Source: a virus | Virus record (IMG/VR): IMGVR_UViG_3300045988_126062 | Reading direction: 5' to 3' (one strand) | DNA length: 64,000 bases | In this document: positions 18,225 through 28,090 of the stretch, one piece after another | How positions within the stretch are numbered: position 1 is the stretch's first letter | Layout of the letters: each line of letters begins with the position of its first letter | Notes under the pieces: model-generated | Database searches by the model: none | What the model was told of the DNA's origin: nothing | Seen by the model: only the letters and a program-made list of their open reading frames with translations | Made by a program: the position numbers and the translations under genes

Positions 18225-18463
18225 AATAGCCAAAAGCTATTCCGATTATTAGCCTAAGTGTTGAAACAAACACTACGTTATTTAAGAATAGATAGTTACC
18301 TACGGATATTTACCCAAGTCTGTAGCTCTAAGGTAGGTGATTAAACAGTTCTGGTATTCAGGAACAGTGTTGCTTACGAAAAACCTTAAATAACATTGGC
18401 GATGGGTACTAACAGAGTTTTACTCTGACTTATGTTGAATAAACATTAAAAACGTTTGTAGAT
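18225..18463 (+). ncRNA. IscB omega-RNA, copy A: variable guide-like segment (~18225-18246) plus conserved scaffold starting TATTAGCCTAAG at 18247 and running to the iscB start
   Basis: Directly upstream of an IscB gene; same scaffold found at 30020 and on the minus strand at 49345, with compensatory base changes in two stems. Confidence 0.65.
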
Positions 18464-19690
18464 ATGGTGTACGTACAAGACATAAATGGTAAACCTCTGA
18501 TGCCAACAACGAGGCATGGTAAGGTTAGGAGACTGCTTAAAGATAAAAAGGCAGTCGTTGTGAACCTATGTCCGTTTACCATCCGATTAACGTACGTAAC
18601 ATCTGATTACAAACAGGAAATTGTGTTAGGCGTTGATGCTGGAACTAAGCATGTTGGTTTATCAGCAACGACGAAAAGCAAAGAACTTTACAGCAGTGAA
18701 GTAATTCTTAGAAATGATATCGTAGATCTTTTGTCTACCAGAAGAGAGCTACGAAAAACAAGACGGAATAGATTGAGACATAGAAAACATCGTTTTAACA
18801 ATAGAATAAAAAGTAGGCGTCCCGGATGGACAGCACCTTCGGTGAAATACAAAGTAGACGCCCATATTCGTGTTATTGACAATGTATGTTCTATATTACC
18901 AATATCTCGTATTGTTATCGAAGTAGCTCAATTCGATACTCAAAAGATTAACAATCCTAATATATCAGGTAAAGAATATCAGGAGGGTGATCAACTTGGA
19001 TTTTGGAACGTTAGGGAATATGTTTTAGCAAGAGATGGACATAAATGCCAGCATTGCAAGGGAAAGTCAAAAGACCCAGTATTGAATGTTCATCATATTG
19101 AATCACGAAAGACAGGTGGAGATTCCCCATCTAATCTTATTACCTTATGTGAAACTTGTCATAAAGAATACCATAAAGGTAATATAGATTTAAAAATCAG
19201 AAGAGGCAAGTCGCTTCGCGACGCAGCCGTAATGGGAATAATGAAATGGAGATTGTATGAAGAACTAAAATCTAAATACGACAACATTTCTATGACTTTC
19301 GGTTATGTTACAAAATACAATAGGATTAAACATGGTATTGAAAAATCTCATGTTTTCGATGCATTTGTTATTTCTAAAAACTTTGATGCTATAAGGTTAG
19401 GATATTATTATAAAGTAAGATTAGTAAGAAGACATAATCGTCAGATCCATAAACAAAAGATTCCAAAAGGAGGAATCAAGAGGTTAAATCAATCTCCATT
19501 TGAAGTTTTTGGTTTCCGTTTGTTTGATAGGGTTATGTTTGAAAACAGTTATTACTTTATATTTGCAAGGCGTAAAACCGGTAGTTTTAATATTCGAGAT
19601 ATTGATGGTAAAAACCAAAGAGATATTACATACAAGAAATTGAAATTATCAAGGTGTAAACGCTTTATGGTACAAAAGGAAATGGATTGA
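18464..19690 (+). CDS. iscB: IscB RNA-guided nuclease (PLMP, RuvC-I, Arg-rich bridge helix, RuvC-II, HNH, RuvC-III), 408 aa
   Basis: PLMP motif; RuvC-I LGVDAGTKHVG; bridge helix RRELRKTRRNRLRHRKHRFNNR; RuvC-II IVIEVAQFD; HNH HKCQHCKG...NVHHIESRKTGGDSPSNLITLCETCHKEYH; RuvC-III HVFDAFVIS. Confidence 0.85.
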   Translation: MVYVQDINGKPLMPTTRHGKVRRLLKDKKAVVVNLCPFTIRLTYVTSDYKQEIVLGVDAGTKHVGLSATTKSKELYSSEVILRNDIVDLLSTRRELRKTRRNRLRHRKHRFNNRIKSRRPGWTAPSVKYKVDAHIRVIDNVCSILPISRIVIEVAQFDTQKINNPNISGKEYQEGDQLGFWNVREYVLARDGHKCQHCKGKSKDPVLNVHHIESRKTGGDSPSNLITLCETCHKEYHKGNIDLKIRRGKSLRDAAVMGIMKWRLYEELKSKYDNISMTFGYVTKYNRIKHGIEKSHVFDAFVISKNFDAIRLGYYYKVRLVRRHNRQIHKQKIPKGGIKRLNQSPFEVFGFRLFDRVMFENSYYFIFARRKTGSFNIRDIDGKNQRDITYKKLKLSRCKRFMVQKEMD

Positions 19691-19713
19691 TTAATTTGAA
19701 TAAAAATATAGAC

Positions 19714-20184
19714 ATGAATCGTTGGTTTGAAATCACAGTAAAAGCCGAGATTGATAATATCGAGAACGGCAAAAAAAAGAAAGTAACTGAAAAGTATTTA
19801 GTGGATGCCTTGTCTTACACAGAGGCAGAATCAAGATCGTTGGAGATCTTCAAGGATTTGTACAATTCTTTCGAGGTTGTAAAAATTAATCCTATTAAAG
19901 TGTCGGAAATCTTCTTCAACGGAGAAGCTGAGTACTGGTATAAGTGTAAGGTGAATTACATTACACTGGATGAAAAGAAAGGTAAAGAAAAGAAAACTCC
20001 ATGCTATATGTATATCCAGGCCGGCAATCCTAAGGATGCCGAAGCTGTGTTGACTAAAGGTATGCAGGGTACGTTAGGAGACTGGAATTGCGAGTCTATT
20101 GTTGAAACGAAGATTATTGACGTATTCAAATACGATCTTCAGAAGGGAGCTGAAAAATTAGGCGAGAAGAAGAGTGAAGAGTAA
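19714..20184 (+). CDS. Hypothetical protein (start moved to the ATG at 19714; the ORF-track start at 19687 is a TTG overlapping the iscB stop)
   Basis: ORF track with manual start choice. Confidence 0.5.
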   Translation: MNRWFEITVKAEIDNIENGKKKKVTEKYLVDALSYTEAESRSLEIFKDLYNSFEVVKINPIKVSEIFFNGEAEYWYKCKVNYITLDEKKGKEKKTPCYMYIQAGNPKDAEAVLTKGMQGTLGDWNCESIVETKIIDVFKYDLQKGAEKLGEKKSEE

Positions 20185-20413
20185 GGCTGATGTAGTTTCC
20201 AACATAGCGCTTGTTGTGGCGATAATATCATTGCTTTCAGCAGGCGCTTTCCTTCTGATAGTGATTAAGACAGACGAGGTATCTAAATTATTAATGAACG
20301 TACCTTATCTACTGGCTTCAGCGGGATTGTTCTTTTCAATAATATCATTATTATTCGAATGGAAAGCAAGGAAAAGAAGCTATACGTCTGCGAACGATGC
20401 GGACGAAAAGTGA
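20174..20413 (+). CDS. Small membrane protein with two predicted TM helices (79 aa)
   Basis: Hydrophobic segments NIALVVAIISLLSAGAFLLIVI and LLASAGLFFSIISLLF. Confidence 0.4.
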   Translation: MKSKADVVSNIALVVAIISLLSAGAFLLIVIKTDEVSKLLMNVPYLLASAGLFFSIISLLFEWKARKRSYTSANDADEK

Positions 20414-20886
20414 TGATAAGAAGTCATGGCTTATGCCAGGCTTGCAGGAGCAAAGAGTTGACTCCGAAGAAAAAAAACAGAATTACATCCATTAAAAACA
20501 GCAGCAAGAAGAAAAAGTTAGAGAACCCGGATTTATCCGGGTTTTTTCGTCTTATGTTGGAGGAGTTAAATAGTATTCGGATGTCTATGACTGGTAGGGC
20601 TATTCATCTTCCTACAGTATGTAACGTATGTCACATACTTCCGAAAAGGATATATAAGTCGGTTGCTACTTGCAGGGATAATATAGTTTTCCTTCATGAA
20701 TCGGAGCATACGGTATTCGACATGTATCTTGACCGGATGGAATTTGATAAACTTGAAACAGAATTTCCTTTTGTATGGAAGTATGCGGTAAAGAAGGTAC
20801 TGGATATGGAAAGCAGGGGAATGATTAAAGAAAGAGGTAGGTTGATTATTGAAATAATTGACAGGTATGATAGAAGAAAAGATTAA
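20359..20886 (+). CDS. Hypothetical zinc-ribbon protein (175 aa)
   Basis: CERCGRK...CQAC motif pair; overlaps the previous ORF in another frame. Confidence 0.45.
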   Translation: MESKEKKLYVCERCGRKVMIRSHGLCQACRSKELTPKKKNRITSIKNSSKKKKLENPDLSGFFRLMLEELNSIRMSMTGRAIHLPTVCNVCHILPKRIYKSVATCRDNIVFLHESEHTVFDMYLDRMEFDKLETEFPFVWKYAVKKVLDMESRGMIKERGRLIIEIIDRYDRRKD

Positions 20887-22186
20887 AATATTAACAGATT
20901 TAGGGTTTGTCCCTATGGTGGAAGGAGTAGAAAATACGTTGTTTAGAATGAACGATGTTGTGATGTCGGTGTCAGATCCTAATCAAACACCGGAGCAATT
21001 GAGAAAGGAAGTTATGTCTTTAATAAAAAACAAAGACATAGCAGAAAGAGGCGGACAGGTTCCAGTAGTTAAAGAGCCGGCGCCTGAGCCAGAGCAGGCC
21101 CAGGGAGAAGAACCGGAAGCTCCGGCAGAGGAAGCAGATCCTAACCCTGGAGAGGAAGATTCGAATCCGTTTACAGAAAATCAAGAAACGTTAGAGCCGT
21201 TTTATATCTGCGATGAGTTGAAGAAGATTGAGACTCCCAAATTCGTAAGATTGACATTAGACGATAATCGTTTTTATGTAAGGAAGATGGATGATGGAAC
21301 GGCCAAGATATATGCTTCGGTAACAACTTTAATCAAAGATGGGTATGTAGATGATAAGACCGCACTTCAGGAATGGAAGCAAGAGATGAAGATGCTTGGT
21401 CGCAATCCGGAAGAGGTGGCACAGTATGAAGCCGACAGGGGAACGATCATGCACTACTTATACGGATTGTACCTAACAGGTAGAGATATGGTCTTAAATC
21501 GAAGCTTTGTAGTTAAGACAGTGCAAGAAGGCAAGCTGAAAATATCTAAGAAAAATCTTGATCGGTTTTTTAACAGTATTGATGATCTTGATGATATGAT
21601 TGTCAGAATTATGAAGTTTGCCAAATTTTGTTCAGAGTATAAGGTTAAGCCGATGATGATTGAAAGAATATTGTCATTAGAAGACTATTTAGTAGCTACG
21701 CCGATAGATGCGATGGTTAAAATGACATTCAAATACAAAGAAGAAGGTTATTTTGGAGCCGTGTATCAAAGGGCTACAGGGCAGTTTAAAAAAGGTGATC
21801 CGAAGAAGGAGGTAAGAGACGTGGAGAAGGAAGAAGTGGTTATTCTCGACTTTAAATCAGGGGGAATATGGGAATCATACGCATTTCAATTAGAAGCTGA
21901 AAGAAGAATGGTTAAAGCATGGTATGGGATTGATGCACGTATTATGAACTTTTCTCCAAAAAGCACGAGCAGCAAAGGATATACGTTGAAAGAATGGACA
22001 GAAGACAGTATAGCACTTGAAAAGGCGGACTGCGTGTTCCAACAAGGTATGTTGAATCACCTTAGAAAAGATAAGAAGTTTAAAGTGAGAAAAGGAGTGT
22101 TGAATATCAATAAGCCGTACAATGAAGAAGATCATACGGTTGTATATGATATTGCAGAGGAAATGTCTAAAAGATTCATGATATAA
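20858..22186 (+). CDS. Putative PD-(D/E)xK nuclease (RecB-like core) with acidic low-complexity N-terminal region, 442 aa
   Basis: GTIMHYLYG, ATPIDAMV (motif II Asp), VVILDFKSGG (D-x-K motif III), Q...Y downstream; weak. Confidence 0.45.
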   Translation: MTGMIEEKIKILTDLGFVPMVEGVENTLFRMNDVVMSVSDPNQTPEQLRKEVMSLIKNKDIAERGGQVPVVKEPAPEPEQAQGEEPEAPAEEADPNPGEEDSNPFTENQETLEPFYICDELKKIETPKFVRLTLDDNRFYVRKMDDGTAKIYASVTTLIKDGYVDDKTALQEWKQEMKMLGRNPEEVAQYEADRGTIMHYLYGLYLTGRDMVLNRSFVVKTVQEGKLKISKKNLDRFFNSIDDLDDMIVRIMKFAKFCSEYKVKPMMIERILSLEDYLVATPIDAMVKMTFKYKEEGYFGAVYQRATGQFKKGDPKKEVRDVEKEEVVILDFKSGGIWESYAFQLEAERRMVKAWYGIDARIMNFSPKSTSSKGYTLKEWTEDSIALEKADCVFQQGMLNHLRKDKKFKVRKGVLNINKPYNEEDHTVVYDIAEEMSKRFMI

Positions 22187-22208
22187 AAAGCAATGAGAGG
22201 AGCTAAGG

Positions 22209-23222
22209 ATGCTTGATTTTAGAAAATACGAAAACGTACCTCGGTTTCAACTTGACCGCAGGCCTGGCAGGAGCCGACTGAAGCTAACCTGCCCGGCTTG
22301 CGGGAAAAGCCGGTGCCTTACCCCTTATATTGATGTGGCGACCGGTCAGGTCGTTGGCAATGAGTTTGGAAGATGCGATCATGAACGAACTTGCGGTTAT
22401 GATAAACGACCTACCGGCAAGGATGTAGGTGACAAAGATCTTTGGATTTCGGGAAATAAGTGCATAAGAGCTTATCGTCCTCCTGTAAATCCTGACGTTG
22501 TAAATTACATACCTTTTAGCGAGTTTGAGAGGACTGTGGTTCCAGACGATAGAAACACCGTATTTAGATTTTTATCGTCTCTATGGGGAAAAGAAAGGGT
22601 ATCTGATGTGTTCAGAAGGTATCATGTCGGAACAATGGACTTATGGGGATGGAAAGGGTGTTGTATATTCTGGCAGATAGATAAGGACTTTGTATGCAGA
22701 ACCGGCAAGATCATGGACTTTTATATAAAGACCGACAGCCAGGGGAATGAGATTGATGTAAAAAGAGTGAAGGAAAAAGACGGTGACAATGAGCGGCCTC
22801 ATGTTATGTTTTATCATTCGTTGCATGCAAGGGACTTCTTGTTTAGACAATGCCTGTTCGGAGAGCATCTTCTAAGCCAGTATCCGGATAAGGTGGTTAA
22901 TCTGGTGGAATCAGAAAAGACGGCTATTATATGCGCCGTGAATAAACCGGATGAGTTATTTGTAGCTACCGGTGGGTTGCAGAATCTAAGGCCGGAAGTG
23001 ATAGATGTTTTAAAAGATAGAAAGACTGTAGCTTTTCCGGACAAAGGACAAGCATTTGAGATATGGAGTAAAAAGATAGATGGGATGATGATGAAGTCAA
23101 GGATAAAAGTATCGGACTATCTTCAAAATGTTGAAAATGTAGGAGACGGAGATGATGTGGCAGATTTGATAATTAGTAACAAGGTAAAGGAAAAATATCA
23201 TGAGCCTGGATGTTTATATTAA
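22209..23222 (+). CDS. Putative DNA primase (N-terminal Cys/His zinc-binding region + TOPRIM-like region), 337 aa
   Basis: CPACGKS...CDHERTC zinc motif; VESEKTAIICAV and VAFPDKGQAFE resemble TOPRIM Glu and Asp motifs; lies next to the helicase gene. Confidence 0.45.
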   Translation: MLDFRKYENVPRFQLDRRPGRSRLKLTCPACGKSRCLTPYIDVATGQVVGNEFGRCDHERTCGYDKRPTGKDVGDKDLWISGNKCIRAYRPPVNPDVVNYIPFSEFERTVVPDDRNTVFRFLSSLWGKERVSDVFRRYHVGTMDLWGWKGCCIFWQIDKDFVCRTGKIMDFYIKTDSQGNEIDVKRVKEKDGDNERPHVMFYHSLHARDFLFRQCLFGEHLLSQYPDKVVNLVESEKTAIICAVNKPDELFVATGGLQNLRPEVIDVLKDRKTVAFPDKGQAFEIWSKKIDGMMMKSRIKVSDYLQNVENVGDGDDVADLIISNKVKEKYHEPGCLY

Positions 23223-23553
23223 GAACAAGAAGAAGGAAGAGGATCGTGAATGGGTTGCAAACATCACCCATAACATGAACAAGATGGCACAAAAAATATT
23301 CGTATCAGAAAACAAAGAAACACTATACGATTATATTTGGAGACCGGAAGAATTGGGCAGGGAAATAGATACTAAGGAGATGGTGAAGATACTCACAAAA
23401 GGTATATATATTATGATCTCCAAGAGAAAGAGTCTTTTGAGATACGAACCAGAAAACGGATGGGGGTCTTATGATTCATTTCTTAAGTTTCTTATCGAAT
23501 ATAAAGAGGCGTGTGAAGATCATCCGGGTTATATAATTGAAGCAAGCAGATAA
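23200..23553 (+). CDS. Hypothetical protein (117 aa)
   Basis: ORF track. Confidence 0.45.
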   Translation: MSLDVYIKNKKKEEDREWVANITHNMNKMAQKIFVSENKETLYDYIWRPEELGREIDTKEMVKILTKGIYIMISKRKSLLRYEPENGWGSYDSFLKFLIEYKEACEDHPGYIIEASR

Positions 23554-23812
23554 TATGGAAAATTATAAAAATACTTTAAATGAGGTAGTGGTGATCGAAT
23601 CGTCACCAGAAACGTATTTTGTTTACGCTATTCGTAATGCTATTCGTATCTCTAAATGTGCGTATCCGACAGCCAAGAAAGTAATTTTCAAAAGAGAGGA
23701 CGTAGAGGTAGAGATCTCAGAAATGGAAACTGAAAGCAGTTTGTATGAAAAGTTTAAAGAAAAACAAAAGAATAGGGTATGGAACTTAATGAGCGCCAAC
23801 AACGGGTTTTAA
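23537..23812 (+). CDS. Hypothetical protein (91 aa)
   Basis: ORF track. Confidence 0.4.
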   Translation: MKQADNMENYKNTLNEVVVIESSPETYFVYAIRNAIRISKCAYPTAKKVIFKREDVEVEISEMETESSLYEKFKEKQKNRVWNLMSANNGF

Positions 23813-24345
23813 GAGGCGAAATTTGTCCTTATTGCGGAAGAGAAACTGAGCTGGTAAATGCCGATAAAATATATAGCAGAAAAGGCTTAGGGATGGTTAT
23901 GATGTGCAAACCATGCAACGCTTATGTCGGTGTTCATGAATCAGGGCCGAATAAGGGAAAAGCTAAAGGCCGGCTTGCGGGGCCATCACTGAGGTCTCTT
24001 AAGATAAGAGTCCATGCCGAACTTGACAGATTATGGTCTACGCCGGAGGAACGGGAAAGGATGTATAAAGATTTATCTGAATTTCTATCTATACCGGAAG
24101 AGTACACACATATAGGTATGTTTGGCGAGAAGACGATGGGAAAAGTCTTTCAGTTCTGTCATGTAAACAAAGAACGATCAGGTTCGAGAATAGAATGGCA
24201 TAAGCCTGGAGATAAGTGCCCTAATAAGAACAATCAAATAGTGTCAGGAAGTAGCGCATGTAGAGGATGTCCTGAGTATCTCCATGATGAGAAAGATGGG
24301 TATGTCTGGTGTGATCCTGATATGAGCTACGGCAGGTTGAAATAG
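23779..24345 (+). CDS. Hypothetical zinc-finger protein (188 aa)
   Basis: CPYCGRE...CKPCNAY motif; a second Cys cluster near the C-terminus. Confidence 0.5.
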   Translation: MELNERQQRVLRGEICPYCGRETELVNADKIYSRKGLGMVMMCKPCNAYVGVHESGPNKGKAKGRLAGPSLRSLKIRVHAELDRLWSTPEERERMYKDLSEFLSIPEEYTHIGMFGEKTMGKVFQFCHVNKERSGSRIEWHKPGDKCPNKNNQIVSGSSACRGCPEYLHDEKDGYVWCDPDMSYGRLK

Positions 24346-24347
24346 GG

Positions 24348-24355
24348 CGCGAATT
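24348..24355 (+). promoter_or_regulatory. Candidate -7 promoter box TATCTTTG (TAnnTTTG), 41 nt upstream of the ATG at 24397
   Basis: Motif read in an intergenic region. Confidence 0.3.
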
Positions 24356-24396
24356 GCCTATCTTTGTGCTATTATTAATCAAAAAAATATAAGCAC

Positions 24397-24675
24397 ATGG
24401 GCAGATCAACAGAGTACTACAGGACTCATCCCGAAGCCAGGAAGAAAAAGGCTAAAAAGGACAAGGAGATAAATGCCAGACCGGAACAGAAAGCCAAACG
24501 CCGAGAGCTTGGTCGTAAAAACTACGAAACGGACAAGAAGAAGGGTAAGGGCTGGAGAAAAGGAAAGGATTGTTCTCATACCAAGAACGGTCTTAGGTAT
24601 AAATCAGTAAAAGCTAATAGGGGATCCAAATCGGATACGAAAGGTGACAAAAATGCAAGAGGATCTGAAAAATAA
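24397..24675 (+). CDS. Highly basic K/R-rich small protein (92 aa), possibly DNA-binding
   Basis: About 35% Lys+Arg composition. Confidence 0.4.
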   Translation: MGRSTEYYRTHPEARKKKAKKDKEINARPEQKAKRRELGRKNYETDKKKGKGWRKGKDCSHTKNGLRYKSVKANRGSKSDTKGDKNARGSEK

Positions 24676-25777
24676 AATAGATATAAGAAGGATATTCAAA
24701 ACCTCTAAACAGGTTATGGAAGAGGCGTATGAGAATATCTTGAAATACAGGCGGGGAGAGCTTATCCCCGCTAAAACCGGATACGATTATATTGATGAGG
24801 CTTTGCTTGGAGGTATTTTTCCTCAGCACGCTATTGCCATAGGAGCCCGGCCATCTGTAGGTAAATCGTATGTGGCCCAAAAGATATTGGAAAATGTGAT
24901 GAATCCGATGATCAACCCGCAAGCAGAAGATTATTTTCTTGTTAATTGCGAGTTCGAAATGAATCCTCAAGATCTTCTTCTTCGCAGAATGAGCCAGGAT
25001 ATGAAAAAGCGGGCTCCTGAAATATTAAGAAGGCAAGATTCTAATACAGTAGAAGAGATGAGGATGTTTGAAATCCTTCAAGGTGAAATCAGAAATAATA
25101 TAATATACATCGATGCTCCGTGTACGGTAAAAGAGTTTGAGGCGGCTGTGTATCATATAGCTACCAAACATAAAGACAAACGTCTTATAATATTTAAAGT
25201 CGATCATATTGCTTTGATAAAAAGAATGGGATTAGATCCTAAGTCGGCTATAGATGATTTGGTGGCGGTTATGAACGAAGCTAAATTAGTATATAAAAAC
25301 ATATTTTTCCTCATCATATCCCAATTCAACAGAGAAATAGAAGGAAGGATAAAAAGCCCACAAGAGCAGCCTCCGCGTCTTTCTGATTTTTACCAGTCTG
25401 ATACGCTGGGTCAGTTATGTACGTTAATGATAGGCTTGCACAATCCTCGTAGGTACGGGCTGGATAAGTATATGATATTTGGGAAAGATTGGTATCAGAC
25501 TCTTGATAGGTTTAAAACTGAAAACAAAACATCATTCAGGACAGCCGGACTGGTGTTTCATCATATACTGAAGGTAAGGCAAGTTAGTATGGAAGAGCTT
25601 ACTAATACAATCCACCCAGAGATACTGCCGGGACATGGATGGATGTACGGGGAGGGCGGGACGAAGTTCGTGAACCCCAACCAGCCGCCGACGCCGCCCA
25701 AGCTCTATACTGTGGAAGACGTTACGAACAATCAAGATCAAGAACAAGAGACAAAGGAAGAACAGTCATTGTATTAA
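24644..25777 (+). CDS. DnaB-family replicative helicase (RecA-like C-terminal domain; only a short N-terminal region), 377 aa
   Basis: H1 Walker A GARPSVGKS, H1a CEFEMNPQDLLLRR, H2 LIIFKVDHIALIKRM, H3 ISQFNREIEGR, H4 PRLSDFYQSDTLGQ. Confidence 0.8.
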   Translation: MTKMQEDLKNKIDIRRIFKTSKQVMEEAYENILKYRRGELIPAKTGYDYIDEALLGGIFPQHAIAIGARPSVGKSYVAQKILENVMNPMINPQAEDYFLVNCEFEMNPQDLLLRRMSQDMKKRAPEILRRQDSNTVEEMRMFEILQGEIRNNIIYIDAPCTVKEFEAAVYHIATKHKDKRLIIFKVDHIALIKRMGLDPKSAIDDLVAVMNEAKLVYKNIFFLIISQFNREIEGRIKSPQEQPPRLSDFYQSDTLGQLCTLMIGLHNPRRYGLDKYMIFGKDWYQTLDRFKTENKTSFRTAGLVFHHILKVRQVSMEELTNTIHPEILPGHGWMYGEGGTKFVNPNQPPTPPKLYTVEDVTNNQDQEQETKEEQSLY

Positions 25778-25792
25778 AAAAAAATAAGAACC

Positions 25793-26395
25793 ATGAGACT
25801 AACAGTAGAAGAAAACGAATACCTGATAAGTAAGTTCCTTTTGGTTCTTACCGAATTTGCAGGGGATGAAAGAGAGATGTTTTTAATCAACTCCATACAC
25901 GACAAGGCGGTGGCGGATATGAATTATCGTCTTCCGTCTTTAATAAGCAGAGAACGTAAAAGACGAGTTATTGAACTCCTTAAAGAAGGAACCAGAATAA
26001 TCAAGGACTTTTCCGGCTATGCAGGTGATATGGGTATGATTAACGAATACGATCGCCTAAAGAAAGAAATAGGAACCGTCCAAGATCAGCTTGGCGACGT
26101 AGAAGGTCAACTTCGGGCAGCAGGAGAAGTCATAAAAAAAGAACTTGATATGATTGCTGACCGAATCAAAGAAGATCTTCTTGACCGAGAGCTGGCTAAG
26201 AGTAATGCCGAGGCCGAAAGAAAAGCCAAAGTAGATCCGAGATATGAAGTAGCTTTAGGTGATTACAAGGAGATGCTGGAAGTGATTTTTACAACCAGAA
26301 ACAAGTATTCTACGGTAGATTCTGTACATGACGATCTTCGACAGTCGGTATCTACCGGTAGAAATTCGATTATCAAAGAAGGGTACAACAGTTAA
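25793..26395 (+). CDS. Hypothetical protein (200 aa)
   Basis: ORF track. Confidence 0.5.
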   Translation: MRLTVEENEYLISKFLLVLTEFAGDEREMFLINSIHDKAVADMNYRLPSLISRERKRRVIELLKEGTRIIKDFSGYAGDMGMINEYDRLKKEIGTVQDQLGDVEGQLRAAGEVIKKELDMIADRIKEDLLDRELAKSNAEAERKAKVDPRYEVALGDYKEMLEVIFTTRNKYSTVDSVHDDLRQSVSTGRNSIIKEGYNS

Positions 26396-26410
26396 AAACA
26401 AGGAGGAAAT

Positions 26411-26620
26411 ATGGAAAAGAAGGAATTTAAAGTAGGAGAAGTGTTTGATGCCGGACTTGTGAGATTAAAATGTGTGGATGCTCCAGAGCCAGACTTAGGA
26501 TGTGAAGGATGTATATTTAATGACCACATTACATGCGGGTCGGTAGATGTAGTCGCAGGCCCGTGTAATCACGTAGAGAGGGAGGATGGTAAGGATGTTA
26601 TTTTTATTAAAGCTGATTAG
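26411..26620 (+). CDS. Hypothetical protein (69 aa)
   Basis: ORF track. Confidence 0.4.
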   Translation: MEKKEFKVGEVFDAGLVRLKCVDAPEPDLGCEGCIFNDHITCGSVDVVAGPCNHVEREDGKDVIFIKAD

Positions 26621-26622
26621 GC

Positions 26623-27336
26623 ATGTACATCAATTTCAGACAACTTGCAGCATCAGACATGACTCCTAATGATCTGGCTAATCTTCTTGCTATAAGACAG
26701 AAGGATACGGTTATGATCGAAGCCATGCCGGAAGAAGATGCTGGGAGGTATATAGAGCTTGGCCTGGCTGAGAAATTAAAATCAGGCGTGATGAGATTGA
26801 CCAACAAGGGAACGTCTTTTGTGAATTATATAGAGACACCGGAAATGACAGACGAGGTTCTGGAAACGTTGAAGATTATGATAGGAATGTACGAATCATA
26901 TTCAAAAGACATAGGTGTCAGCAGAAAAGAAGCAGAATCCAGATTGTGTTGGTTTATGGGTAACACCTCATTCAAGAAAGAGGTCATACTTCAGGTAACG
27001 GAATCTTATATAGCAGAGTCAGGAGATTATACAATGAGCTTATGTAACTTCATATGGAAACCGCCTTCTCAAGCTTTTTCAGTTCATATGAACCTTAAAA
27101 ATTCAAAGCTCTTTGACTTAATAGCTGAAAAATTTAAGATCGCTACCGAGCCTTATTTGGAGCCTAAGAAGAATAAGGAAATGGATTGGTTGTTTGCCGT
27201 ATCTAAATTGCCTACGCCGCCGGCTAAAGGCAATCCGGATTATTTATTTACCGGAAGTTCTGAAACAGACAAAGAGAGATTGAAAAACATAAAAACATAC
27301 TTATTTAACAAAATTAGAAAGCAATGGAAAAAGTAA
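26623..27336 (+). CDS. Hypothetical protein (237 aa)
   Basis: ORF track. Confidence 0.5.
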   Translation: MYINFRQLAASDMTPNDLANLLAIRQKDTVMIEAMPEEDAGRYIELGLAEKLKSGVMRLTNKGTSFVNYIETPEMTDEVLETLKIMIGMYESYSKDIGVSRKEAESRLCWFMGNTSFKKEVILQVTESYIAESGDYTMSLCNFIWKPPSQAFSVHMNLKNSKLFDLIAEKFKIATEPYLEPKKNKEMDWLFAVSKLPTPPAKGNPDYLFTGSSETDKERLKNIKTYLFNKIRKQWKK

Positions 27337-27575
27337 GAATCAGAAAGATAATAGAGGATATAATTATTACTCAGTTTCTTAATTCGGAAATAGATATAGT
27401 TCATGAAGAAGATGTGTCGTTTAAAGAACTTGGATTAGATTCTGTTGATCGAATTGAGCTTGATGTGATGGTGGAACAAAAATTCAATATTGTTATTATT
27501 GATTATGATATGGAGACCATCAAAGATATGACTGATCTTGTTTACAAAATAATAACAGAAGGGTATGGGAAGTGA
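27324..27575 (+). CDS. Hypothetical protein (83 aa)
   Basis: ORF track. Confidence 0.4.
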   Translation: MEKVRIRKIIEDIIITQFLNSEIDIVHEEDVSFKELGLDSVDRIELDVMVEQKFNIVIIDYDMETIKDMTDLVYKIITEGYGK

Positions 27576-28059
27576 TATAATTTTATGCATGGCTTTAATA
27601 GCATCATTTGCTTTTGTTATACAGTTTTTGTTGTCGATATTAGGATCTGATCTGGATACGGATATTGATATTGATGATGCTTCTGATTTAAGTATGTCTT
27701 TGTCGGACATCATATCATTCAAGGGCATAACACATTTTATTCTTGGATATAGCTGGACTACCTACTTTTCGGGTTCCCATTTAGTAGGGGTTGTGATAGG
27801 GTCGTTTTTCTTTATCGTTTTGTTTTACGTATATAAGTTACTTCTTAAGTTAAAGCAAGAAATGGTGTACGAATGTCCGGAAGATTTAAATGGCAGAGAG
27901 GTGGAGATAGTGTTTAGATCAGGGAAGAATCATTATATGGTAAATATTTCGAAAAATGGAAGACAGGAGCAAATGAGAGTAAGATGCTTGTCTGGAAAAA
28001 CTTACAAAAACGGTGACAAGGTGAATATAAAATACGAAGAAGGAGAATTAATTATCTAA
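27565..28059 (+). CDS. NfeD-like membrane protein (multi-TM N-terminus + beta-rich OB-like C-terminus), the usual partner of SPFH proteins
   Basis: Three hydrophobic segments then GREVEIVFRSGKNHYMVNIS...; sits directly upstream of the flotillin gene, as in the yuaF-floT arrangement. Confidence 0.5.
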   Translation: MGSDIILCMALIASFAFVIQFLLSILGSDLDTDIDIDDASDLSMSLSDIISFKGITHFILGYSWTTYFSGSHLVGVVIGSFFFIVLFYVYKLLLKLKQEMVYECPEDLNGREVEIVFRSGKNHYMVNISKNGRQEQMRVRCLSGKTYKNGDKVNIKYEEGELII

Positions 28060-28090
28060 TTTTTTTATCAACAATTAGATTTTAAAAGTT

